NCBI GenBank assembly: GCA_051006535.1
Contig: JBPCTC010000076.1
Coordinates: 1 to 29,933, forward strand
Source: Minisyncoccia bacterium
GTDB taxonomy: Bacteria > Patescibacteriota > Minisyncoccia > Phycocordibacterales > UBA9973
DNA: 29,933 bases
Direction of reading: 5' to 3'
Part shown: piece by piece, positions 18,245-25,214 of the stretch
How the letters are laid out: each line of letters starts with the position of its first letter
Position numbering within the stretch: the stretch's first letter is position 1
Translations under genes and position numbers: made by a program
The notes under the pieces: model-generated
Seen by the model: the letters and a program-made list of their open reading frames with translations, nothing else
The model's database searches: none
What the model was told of the DNA's origin: nothing

Positions 18245-18470
18245 AGACTTACCAAAACTAACTAAATTACACGCTACTCGTAAAGAACTAATGGTAGAGG
18301 CATTGGCTAAACAAGCATACGAAGAAAAGAAAGCAAAAGTGTTATCTCGTTGGCTAGAAAAAGCGACTGCACAAATGGACACGCCAACAATACGCAAACA
18401 AGCCAAAAAGATGTTTGAAAAGAACTACCCTAAGTTTGATTACAAGTTTGGTGATAAAATAACACAATGA
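18237..18470 (+). CDS. Basic hypothetical protein (77 aa)
   Basis: Coupled to the endolysin gene by an ATGA overlap. Confidence 0.65.
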   Translation: MPKDLPKLTKLHATRKELMVEALAKQAYEEKKAKVLSRWLEKATAQMDTPTIRKQAKKMFEKNYPKFDYKFGDKITQ

Positions 18471-19357
18471 AATACACTGTATTAAATAATACAAATGTAG
18501 ATATAACAGATGACTTGCAAAAAGTTACAGATTTTTTCAAGTCTAAAGGTTGGGAAATAACTTTTGAAACAAAAAAGACTAACTACCCAATACCTAAAAT
18601 AACAGCTCGTGGTAAAGACAATGGTCAAACACAATGGGTTGTATTCCCTGACATAAAAGTACAAGATAAAACTATTTTTATGTTCAATGGTGAAGATATA
18701 AAAGTATCTGACGGCTATCTAACAAGCACAACTGTAGATAAAGACTTGATTTCACTTCTGTATACTAAGAATAACGATAATACAGGGTGGTTGTGGACAT
18801 CTATATCGCACGAGATAATGCACACACTATTCAAAGAGTTATCTTCAAGGGGGTTACCTGTGTATGACTGTATGGACTTTGGACAATTCTTAATAGACGG
18901 TAAATATCAACCTAAAACTTATTACAAAAACGATGACCCATATGCTACTGACGGAAATTACGCAGAAGCATTTAAAAGACTAGAGCCATATAAAACATTA
19001 TTTATGAAACAAACATACAGGTATTTTAAAGATAGTGAAATCATCGGTTTAAAGCCCGAATTAGTGGCTTTATTAGATAAAGCGAGAGGTATATCAGGTG
19101 TGCCGTTTAGTATCTCTAGCGGGCTTCGTACGCCCGTACAGAACGAATTAGCTGGTGGTGTAGAAAACTCTGCCCATTTGCTAGGGAAAGCTGTAGATAT
19201 ACACTGCCCTAGTAGTATAAATAGACTAAAAATGGTTAAAGCACTACTAGATGTTGGGTTTACACGAATAGGTATCGGCAAGGACTTTGTCCACGTTGAT
19301 ATAGGGAACAGTTCAGATAACTTGCCTGAAAATGTTATGTGGACATATTATAAATAA
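18467..19357 (+). CDS. Endolysin: C-terminal peptidase M15 domain plus N-terminal HExxH domain
   Basis: SSGLRTPVQNELAGGVENSAHLLGKAVDI...FVHVD (M15 Zn ligands); HEIMH at 18809-18823. Confidence 0.8.
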   Translation: MKYTVLNNTNVDITDDLQKVTDFFKSKGWEITFETKKTNYPIPKITARGKDNGQTQWVVFPDIKVQDKTIFMFNGEDIKVSDGYLTSTTVDKDLISLLYTKNNDNTGWLWTSISHEIMHTLFKELSSRGLPVYDCMDFGQFLIDGKYQPKTYYKNDDPYATDGNYAEAFKRLEPYKTLFMKQTYRYFKDSEIIGLKPELVALLDKARGISGVPFSISSGLRTPVQNELAGGVENSAHLLGKAVDIHCPSSINRLKMVKALLDVGFTRIGIGKDFVHVDIGNSSDNLPENVMWTYYK

Positions 19358-19370
19358 CAATAAAAATATA

Positions 19371-19601
19371 ATGGAACATTACGAAGTAACAAACAAAATA
19401 ACATCAGAAAAAAAAGAAGTGGCACAAATGTTTGAACACTATGATGCTCAACACGACAAGACCACAGTAGAGGTTATAACAGTAGACCCTTACACAGTTA
19501 TATTTGATAAAGACGCAGACGGTAATTTAACTAATGATGACTGGACTATAGCACTTGTCCCTGGAATTGCACCAGAAGTAGCTCCTGAACTAGAGCAATA
19601 A
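19371..19601 (+). CDS. Acidic hypothetical protein (76 aa)
   Basis: ATG 19371 (MEHYEVT) preferred over the track start at 19332. Confidence 0.65.
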   Translation: MEHYEVTNKITSEKKEVAQMFEHYDAQHDKTTVEVITVDPYTVIFDKDADGNLTNDDWTIALVPGIAPEVAPELEQ

Positions 19602-19602
19602 C

Positions 19603-19645
19603 TGTGGAAAAAGTATTTACATTATGAAAAGTAATTTAGTATAAT
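19603..19645 (+). promoter_or_regulatory. DnaA-box-like 9-mer plus leaderless promoter
   Basis: TGTGGAAAA (19603-11), TTTACA (19616-21), N18, TATAAT (19640-45), ATG at 19652. Confidence 0.6.
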
Positions 19646-19651
19646 TAAGGT

Positions 19652-19867
19652 ATGAAACAAATTAAATCAGCAATAATTTCAGCACTACTTGTAGCGATTA
19701 TAGCCACATTAGGTTATATAACTACTGTTGGTAGTATATGGAAAATAGACTGGCGAGTTATAATAGATGTTGGTGTTATGTCATTAACAACTGGCTTAGC
19801 GTCAATTCTAAAAAACTTGCTAACAACTGGTAATGGGAAATTCCTAGGAATAATCAAACACCAATAA
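19652..19867 (+). CDS. Putative holin (2 TM, 71 aa)
   Basis: Two hydrophobic helices and a basic C-terminus. Confidence 0.6.
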   Translation: MKQIKSAIISALLVAIIATLGYITTVGSIWKIDWRVIIDVGVMSLTTGLASILKNLLTTGNGKFLGIIKHQ

Positions 19868-19904
19868 ATACCTATTTGGCTTTGGTAGTGAGAACTACCG
19901 ACAA

Positions 19905-20327
19905 ATGAAAACATTACACAAATTATTTATGTCAGTAGTAGTTGTGCCACTGTCGTTGCTCTGCTCACCAGTAACCAACCAACCACAACCTACAGATGTA
20001 AACATAACTATAAACGACGTTTCTGTTAAAGAAATGATTAAATGTGTTGTGCCTGCTTTTTATCACAACCCACAAGAAATAAGCACAGTAGTGCAAATGG
20101 AGAGTGGTTATAATATAAATGCAGTTCACGATGGTGGTTCAGGTAAAGGAATAACTGGCTTTCACAAAGATACTTTCGATAGGTGGAATAAACAGTCAGG
20201 ACTAAACCTAAACTACGATAGCTCTATGGACCAAATAAAACTGATGGCGTGGGCTTTTGACCAAGGGAAAAGCTATAAAGATGACTGGACTACTTGGCAA
20301 CGTTTGCACAAGAAGGGTATTTATTAG
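19905..20327 (+). CDS. Secreted/anchored lytic transglycosylase-like protein
   Basis: N-terminal hydrophobic signal; VVQMESGYNINAVHDGGSGKGITGF...TF SLT-like motif. Confidence 0.7.
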   Translation: MKTLHKLFMSVVVVPLSLLCSPVTNQPQPTDVNITINDVSVKEMIKCVVPAFYHNPQEISTVVQMESGYNINAVHDGGSGKGITGFHKDTFDRWNKQSGLNLNYDSSMDQIKLMAWAFDQGKSYKDDWTTWQRLHKKGIY

Positions 20328-20373
20328 ATAATATAATAGCGATATATCGATTATCGTAAATTTTGTCCAACAT

Positions 20374-20408
20374 AAAAAACACCACCTTATTACGGGTGGT
20401 GTTGTTGG
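20374..20408. terminator. Terminator between convergent units (probably bidirectional)
   Basis: AACACCACC(20378-86)/GGTGGTGTT(20395-403) stem; A6 run on the left gives a U tail on the minus strand. Confidence 0.75.
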
Positions 20409-20437
20409 TTTAGGGGGTAGTTTCTGCACCTACCCAC

Positions 20438-20755
20438 CTAACGACTTCCTTTTAAAGATGCCTTGATTGCGATAGTACGTTCAACTAAACGCACGACTTC
20501 TAATAAAGGGAGGTTTTTGAATAGGAGTTTCCATTGTGGAGTTTCCTTGTGCTTATGCCAATACCTGTGCATATCGTACACAATTTCGTCTAACGTATGG
20601 TTAAAGAAAATTGCGTGGTAAGCACTGTGTTTATCTCGCCACAGGTGTAACTTGTTAGAAGGACAGTTCATTTTCTTATGACTAGAACATCGTACTTTAG
20701 GTGTAATGTGATGGGTTGTCATAAAGGTGTTGCGGTGGGGGTGTTTGATACACAT
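20438..20755 (-). CDS. HNH-like His-rich protein
   Basis: THHITPKVR...NCPSNKLHLWRDKHSAYHAIF matches the HH-x-P...N...H...H pattern. Confidence 0.55.
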   Translation of the reverse strand: MCIKHPHRNTFMTTHHITPKVRCSSHKKMNCPSNKLHLWRDKHSAYHAIFFNHTLDEIVYDMHRYWHKHKETPQWKLLFKNLPLLEVVRLVERTIAIKASLKGSR

Positions 20756-20756
20756 T

Positions 20757-20993
20757 TTAATTTAGTTTAGGGGGTTCGTGTTGCTTTTGTGATACGTCTA
20801 AAGTTTCATAACCTTTGATAGTTATTTGTTCATAATTTTGTAGCTCTATTTTAAACGAAATTAGCTCTCTGTTACCACACATAACACAACTACACTGTGC
20901 AAGACAAATTTCGTTCATTTGAGTAAGAATGTTGTCAATGTACCAACTACGCATAGTCGCACATTTTGGGCAGTTAGCGTGTAGTTTTCTCAT
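20757..20993 (-). CDS. Cys-rich zinc-ribbon protein
   Basis: CPKC and CSCVMC; 1 nt from the next gene. Confidence 0.65.
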   Translation of the reverse strand: MRKLHANCPKCATMRSWYIDNILTQMNEICLAQCSCVMCGNRELISFKIELQNYEQITIKGYETLDVSQKQHEPPKLN

Positions 20994-20995
20994 AA

Positions 20996-21211
20996 CTAAT
21001 GGTGTTCGTTAGGTTCGTGGTGTTCTTCGTCTAAAAGTAACTGTGTTTGTGTTAGGACTTTCCTGTAAAGTAGTTCTGTTTTGTAACGAGTTGTAGTAAC
21101 TGCAAAGCAATTATTACAACGTGCTTCAATAAGCATAACGCCTTTAGCGTGGATTTGTTCTAAGACTTCGTGGTGATGTTCACCTTGGCAATTTTGGCAG
21201 AAAGTATACAT
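20996..21211 (-). CDS. Zinc-ribbon protein with His-rich tail
   Basis: CQNC...CNNC; C-terminal EEHHEPNEHH. Confidence 0.65.
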   Translation of the reverse strand: MYTFCQNCQGEHHHEVLEQIHAKGVMLIEARCNNCFAVTTTRYKTELLYRKVLTQTQLLLDEEHHEPNEHH

Positions 21212-21236
21212 AATTTAAAGAATTAGGGTTTACTTA

Positions 21237-21259
21237 ATTATACAACATTATGATATAAT
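21237..21259. promoter_or_regulatory. Back-to-back -10 elements (divergent promoters)
   Basis: Minus-strand TATAAT (21242-37); plus-strand extended TGA-TATAAT (21251-59). Confidence 0.55.
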
Positions 21260-21278
21260 AAAATAGTCGCAACGAATT

Positions 21279-21395
21279 ATGTGGACAGAATACTCGACAC
21301 AACTTAATTACATACTAAATTTCATAACAAAATCTAATAGGTTGCTTTCTGTCTGTGTTTTACCGTCAGGGCATACTGAACCCGCACAAATGTAG
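21279..21395 (+). CDS. Possible 38-aa ORF (MWTEYSTQLNY...PAQM)
   Basis: Lies between an extended -10 and a hairpin/U-tract (21373-21413); may instead be non-coding. Confidence 0.3.
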   Translation: MWTEYSTQLNYILNFITKSNRLLSVCVLPSGHTEPAQM

Positions 21396-21549
21396 TGCGG
21401 TTTAAGTATTTGTTGTATAATATAAGTACCTTGACCACGTTGGGAGTTGGGGTATTAGCTCTTTGGGGTATCGTCTTAACTAAATAAAAAAATGCAACAT
21501 TGATATGAAAGATTTTGGATTGTTTTCGACTTATTCTCCCCAGCCTAAG

Positions 21550-21570
21550 AAACGCTACTAAGCGTTTTTT
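21550..21570 (+). terminator. Rho-independent terminator
   Basis: AAACGCT-ACTA-AGCGTTT followed by TTT. Confidence 0.7.
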
Positions 21571-21578
21571 ATGTTTGG

Positions 21579-21587
21579 TGGTATAAT
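21579..21587 (+). promoter_or_regulatory. Extended -10 promoter, leaderless
   Basis: TGG-TATAAT (21579-87); ATG at 21594 (6 nt gap). Confidence 0.65.
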
Positions 21588-21593
21588 ATTATT

Positions 21594-21926
21594 ATGAACA
21601 ATGTACCTAAAGAACTAAAAGACAAGTGGCAATCAAACCCTGCTAAGAAATGTCTTAGAGCAGATGAAGGTGATTGTAAAGGAAGACTTACCAAAGAACA
21701 TGTTTTAACTTGGAAAGGTAAACAGATACAAGAAGACTGGAACATACTTGATATATGTGCATATCACCATGCAGTAGACCAATACCAAGACTGTGGAAAA
21801 ATGAATAAAGAAAAACATATATGGCTTGCACTTAATAGATGTCCTACAGAACGTCTTATAGAATTAAGTAAAGCAGAAAATTATATATTAAAAAAAGAAC
21901 TTTTAAATAAAAAATATGGAAGATAA
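21594..21926 (+). CDS. HNH-like/NinG-like zinc-binding nuclease-fold protein
   Basis: C...C.G.LTKEH...W....ICAYHH pattern; adjacent to RusA. Confidence 0.55.
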   Translation: MNNVPKELKDKWQSNPAKKCLRADEGDCKGRLTKEHVLTWKGKQIQEDWNILDICAYHHAVDQYQDCGKMNKEKHIWLALNRCPTERLIELSKAENYILKKELLNKKYGR

Positions 21927-22263
21927 AGAAATTACAATTTATGGTAGAGTGCCTAGTAAGAAAAATTCTCGTATAACTACACGAAGTGGTAGAAGTTTCC
22001 CTAGTGCTAAATATACTGAATGGCACAAAGATGCTAGTTTACAACTAATAGGTAAACCAAAAATAGAAACTGATTATTTAGAAATACATTTTTATTTCCC
22101 AGATAATAGACGTTGCGACTTAACAAATAAGGCAGAAAGTATAATGGACTTACTTGTAGATAATGGATTGTTGGAAGACGATAGTTGGCAAGTAATTCCA
22201 AACCTAAGATTAAAGTTTGAAGCAGTAGATAAAGACAATCCGAGATGTATTATTATTTGGTAA
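21916..22263 (+). CDS. rusA: RusA-family Holliday junction resolvase
   Basis: GRVPSKKNS N-terminus; DNRRCDLTNKAESIMDLLVDNGLLEDDS catalytic motif; DKDNPR. Confidence 0.85.
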   Translation: MEDKEITIYGRVPSKKNSRITTRSGRSFPSAKYTEWHKDASLQLIGKPKIETDYLEIHFYFPDNRRCDLTNKAESIMDLLVDNGLLEDDSWQVIPNLRLKFEAVDKDNPRCIIIW

Positions 22264-22276
22264 ATTACAACACAAC

Positions 22277-22305
22277 TTGCCAAGTATAAAGAAATAATGT
22301 AATAT
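22277..22305 (+). promoter_or_regulatory. Sigma70 promoter for the intergenic structured RNA
   Basis: TTGCCA(22277-82)-N17-TAATAT(22300-05). Confidence 0.6.
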
Positions 22306-22311
22306 ATAAAC

Positions 22312-22548
22312 ATGGTGTTCGTCATCATATCTGTAGCCTATGGCTAACTAACCCATTTTATACCTTTGGAAATAGAAAAGGTTTTGTATATACACGACAA
22401 CAATAACTTTGCTTTATGCAAGGTTTTTGTTATACTTGATAAAGCCACATCTTTTTTACAAAGTTATATGTGGCGTTGGTTTCAACCTTTGGTAGTTAAA
22501 CCACAATAAAGCACCCACGGTTTTAACCTTTCTATGGGTGTTTTATTT
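22312..22548 (+). ncRNA. Candidate multi-hairpin ncRNA (~235 nt)
   Basis: No long ORF; at least 5 hairpins; ends in a GCACCCA/TGGGTGT stem plus U-tract. Confidence 0.45.
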
Positions 22549-22594
22549 ATCCACAGTTTAAACAGTTGGTACTTGTAAAACATAATAGTATAAT
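22547..22594 (+). promoter_or_regulatory. Perfect DnaA box plus promoter of the replication operon
   Basis: TTATCCACA (22547-55); TTGGTA(22566-71)-N17-TATAAT(22589-94). Confidence 0.65.
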
Positions 22595-22696
22595 GTATAA
22601 AGTTACGGTATCGAGCCGTAACGATATTAAAAATTAGCTTGGATTATCTAGCCTTGCCATACTTCCAAGCGTGGCAGGACTAGATAATAAATTATT

Positions 22697-23491
22697 ATGG
22701 CAAATCACAGAATGTTCAGTAATAGAATTGCAAACTCGGCAAAGTTTTTACAGATGCCTTCAGAGTCGCAATTATTATATTTTCACATGGTATTAAGGGC
22801 AGATGACGATGGTGTTGTTGAAGCATACCCACTTGTAAAATTATTAAGTGTAGCACCTGATAGTTTTAAGGTATTATTAGCAAAAAATTTCATAAAACAA
22901 TTAAATGAAGACCAGGTAATAGTGGTTATTGACTGGTTAGAACATAACACAATAAGAGCAGATAGAAAAGTTGATAGTATATATAAACAATTACTACTAG
23001 ATACAATACCAGACATAAAACTAATAGAGCCAAAACCTCGTTCAGATGTTGAAGATAACAGTAAAAGAATTGGTGGACTGTCCATGGTCAGCTTAAGTAA
23101 AGGTAAGTTAAGTAAAGATAATATAAATAATATACCACATAAAAAATACGGGGAGTATAAACATGTTCTTTTAACTGATATAGAGAAACAAAAACTAAAG
23201 GATAGGTTCGGTGCTGTAAAAGCAAAACAACTGGTAACTACACTAGATGAAGGTATAGAGTTAAAAGGTTATAAATATAAAAACCACTACCTAGCTATTC
23301 TTAAATGGGAGAGTTCAGAGAATAAAAAATTACCAAAAAATATAAACATATACGATAAGGCAAAAAAATTAGATAAGATACAAGAAGAAAAGGAAGAAGA
23401 AAACTATAGAAAACAAAATGAAATAAATAATGATAATTTAAAAAAAATAAATTCTCTTACTCAAACATTAAAAGAAAATATGTCTATATGA
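22697..23491 (+). CDS. Phage replication initiator (replisome-organiser-like)
   Basis: MANHRMFS..I..S.KFLQMP..SQLLYFH....ADDDG N-terminus; C-terminal YGEYKHVLLT...YKNHYLAILKW. Confidence 0.8.
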   Translation: MANHRMFSNRIANSAKFLQMPSESQLLYFHMVLRADDDGVVEAYPLVKLLSVAPDSFKVLLAKNFIKQLNEDQVIVVIDWLEHNTIRADRKVDSIYKQLLLDTIPDIKLIEPKPRSDVEDNSKRIGGLSMVSLSKGKLSKDNINNIPHKKYGEYKHVLLTDIEKQKLKDRFGAVKAKQLVTTLDEGIELKGYKYKNHYLAILKWESSENKKLPKNINIYDKAKKLDKIQEEKEEENYRKQNEINNDNLKKINSLTQTLKENMSI

Positions 23492-24039
23492 AAAATAAAT
23501 ATAAAATAATATATGCTGACCCACCGTGGAGTTATTACAACGACTCAACAGCTAAACCAAATTGCACCACAATTAAAGGGATGAGAAGACCACCATATCC
23601 AGTGATGAGTTCCAAGAGTATTAAAAGATTAAAAGTTAAAGATATTTCTGCCGAAAATTGCATATTATTTATTTGGACTACTGATTATCACCTAGAAAAA
23701 TGTTTAGAAGTTATTAAATCGTGGGGATTTGATTATAAGACAGTCGGTTTTGTTTGGAATAAGAAATGTTGTTTTATGGGTGCTTATACAATGAAAAGTG
23801 GTGTTGAATTATGCTTATTGGCAACAAAAGGGAAGGACGCACACAAATTAGTAAAAAAACACAACATAAAATCTTTGATAGAACAGAAACGGACTAAACA
23901 CAGCGAGAAACCAAACGAAGCTAGAAACAGAATTGTTGAGTTATTAGGTGATTTACCAAGAATAGAGCTATTTGCTAGAGAAAAAACAGAAGGTTGGGAT
24001 GTTTTTGGAAATGAAGTAATAAGTGATATAGAATTATAA
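23488..24039 (+). CDS. MT-A70-family adenine methyltransferase
   Basis: YKIIYADPPWSY, LFIWTT, WGFDYKT, ELCLLA, HSEKP, RIELFAR. Confidence 0.92.
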   Translation: MKNKYKIIYADPPWSYYNDSTAKPNCTTIKGMRRPPYPVMSSKSIKRLKVKDISAENCILFIWTTDYHLEKCLEVIKSWGFDYKTVGFVWNKKCCFMGAYTMKSGVELCLLATKGKDAHKLVKKHNIKSLIEQKRTKHSEKPNEARNRIVELLGDLPRIELFAREKTEGWDVFGNEVISDIEL

Positions 24040-24040
24040 A

Positions 24041-24328
24041 ATGATAAAACATCTACAACAAACAAAGCTACTAAATAAAGCACTTCTAAAAGCACAAGAC
24101 AATGGTTACAGACTAGACCTATTCTTTGAACCTGAATTTAATGAAATAATGTATGTAGATGAATACGACAAACTAACTGTAATGAACAAGTACGAAATAC
24201 TATGCGACCAAGACTTCGCACGAGCATTGTGGGGTACTAAATGGGCACACTACCTAGTTATAATGATTTTACAAGATGACCCGTTTACTTGGTTAGATAG
24301 ACAAATAAAGGGTGAATTTAACTATTAA
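24041..24328 (+). CDS. Hypothetical protein (95 aa)
   Basis: Between the two MTases; DFARALWG...HYL..M motif. Confidence 0.65.
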   Translation: MIKHLQQTKLLNKALLKAQDNGYRLDLFFEPEFNEIMYVDEYDKLTVMNKYEILCDQDFARALWGTKWAHYLVIMILQDDPFTWLDRQIKGEFNY

Positions 24329-24332
24329 AAAT

Positions 24333-25034
24333 ATGGAAAACAAAGTTATACAAGGTGATTGTTTAGAAGTAATGAAAGATATACCTGATAAAAGTATTGA
24401 TATGATACTTACTGACCCTCCTTATTTATTTATTAAAGGTGGAATGAAATCTAAAACTTTTAATGTTGGAAAAAATAAACCAGATAGCTTTATGGTAAAT
24501 AAAATGAGTGATTTTGGAGAAAAAGAAATAATATATTTTTTAGATTCAACTAAACCAAAACTTAAAACTATAAATTATTTTATTTTTTGTTCAAAATTAC
24601 AACTAATATTTTATCTATCTTGGGCTAATAATAATAAATTAAATTATGATATATGTATATGGGATAAAATGAGTGGTTCATTAAAATCAAAAAAGTTCTT
24701 AAAACCATGTGATTATATAATCAGAATATATGGAAAAGGTTCAGGTTTAAAATATAATTTAAATAATATTTTTTATGAAAAAATTAAAAGATATAAAAGT
24801 CCTAATAAATATCATCAAGCAGAAAAACCAGTAGAATTGATTGAAGATTTATTATTTATTACAACTATGGAAGGAAACACAGTACTTGACCCATTTGCAG
24901 GAAGTGGAACAACAGGAGTAGCGTGTAAGAACCTAAATAGAAACTACATACTTATAGAAAAAGAACCAGAATACATAGACATTATAAACAAAAGATTAGC
25001 ACATAAAACAATAACACAAGAAAGTTTATTCTAA
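24333..25034 (+). CDS. N4-C/N6-A DNA methyltransferase (beta class)
   Basis: Start MENKVIQGDCLEVMK; DMILTDPPY, HQAEKP, VLDPFAGSGTTG, YILIEKE. Confidence 0.92.
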   Translation: MENKVIQGDCLEVMKDIPDKSIDMILTDPPYLFIKGGMKSKTFNVGKNKPDSFMVNKMSDFGEKEIIYFLDSTKPKLKTINYFIFCSKLQLIFYLSWANNNKLNYDICIWDKMSGSLKSKKFLKPCDYIIRIYGKGSGLKYNLNNIFYEKIKRYKSPNKYHQAEKPVELIEDLLFITTMEGNTVLDPFAGSGTTGVACKNLNRNYILIEKEPEYIDIINKRLAHKTITQESLF

Positions 25035-25036
25035 AG

Positions 25037-25091
25037 TTTTCCACAGTTTTGTATTTGCACACTTGCATATAAAATATGGTAGATATATAAT
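25037..25091 (+). promoter_or_regulatory. DnaA-box-like 9-mer plus sigma70 promoter
   Basis: TTTTCCACA (25037-45); TTGCAT(25063-68)-N17-TATAAT(25086-91). Confidence 0.65.
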
Positions 25092-25136
25092 GTAGATATA
25101 GACAAGAAAGGTTAATAATAAAAAGTCTATGAATAT

Positions 25137-25214
25137 ATGAGAACAGAAAAAGAAATGTTTATAGTATCTCTAGTCTTGGTCGGTTTAATACTAATAGGTA
25201 TAGCAATAATGTAA
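25137..25214 (+). CDS. Single-TM micropeptide (25 aa; not in ORF track)
   Basis: MRTEKEMFIVSLVLVGLILIGIAIM; TAATG coupling to the next gene. Confidence 0.65.
   Translation: MRTEKEMFIVSLVLVGLILIGIAIM

Noticed and set aside
3985-18470. Possible stop-codon reassignment (code 25 or TAG recoding), given a possible CPR-like host
   Set aside because: TGA ends genes in ATGA overlaps (3988, 5209, 18152, 18470) and TAG ends the scaffold and MCP genes; genes are intact under code 11.
21790-21800. Additional TGTGGAAAA matches (21792, 29872) and TGTGGACAG (21280)
   Set aside because: The first two lie in Cys-Gly-Lys codons of coding regions and the third has two mismatches; not counted as DnaA boxes.
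21212-22696. tRNA genes or an attP/integration module in the intergenic regions
   Set aside because: No cloverleaf with a TTC-type T-loop, and no integrase or repressor ORF; lifestyle cannot be determined from this window.
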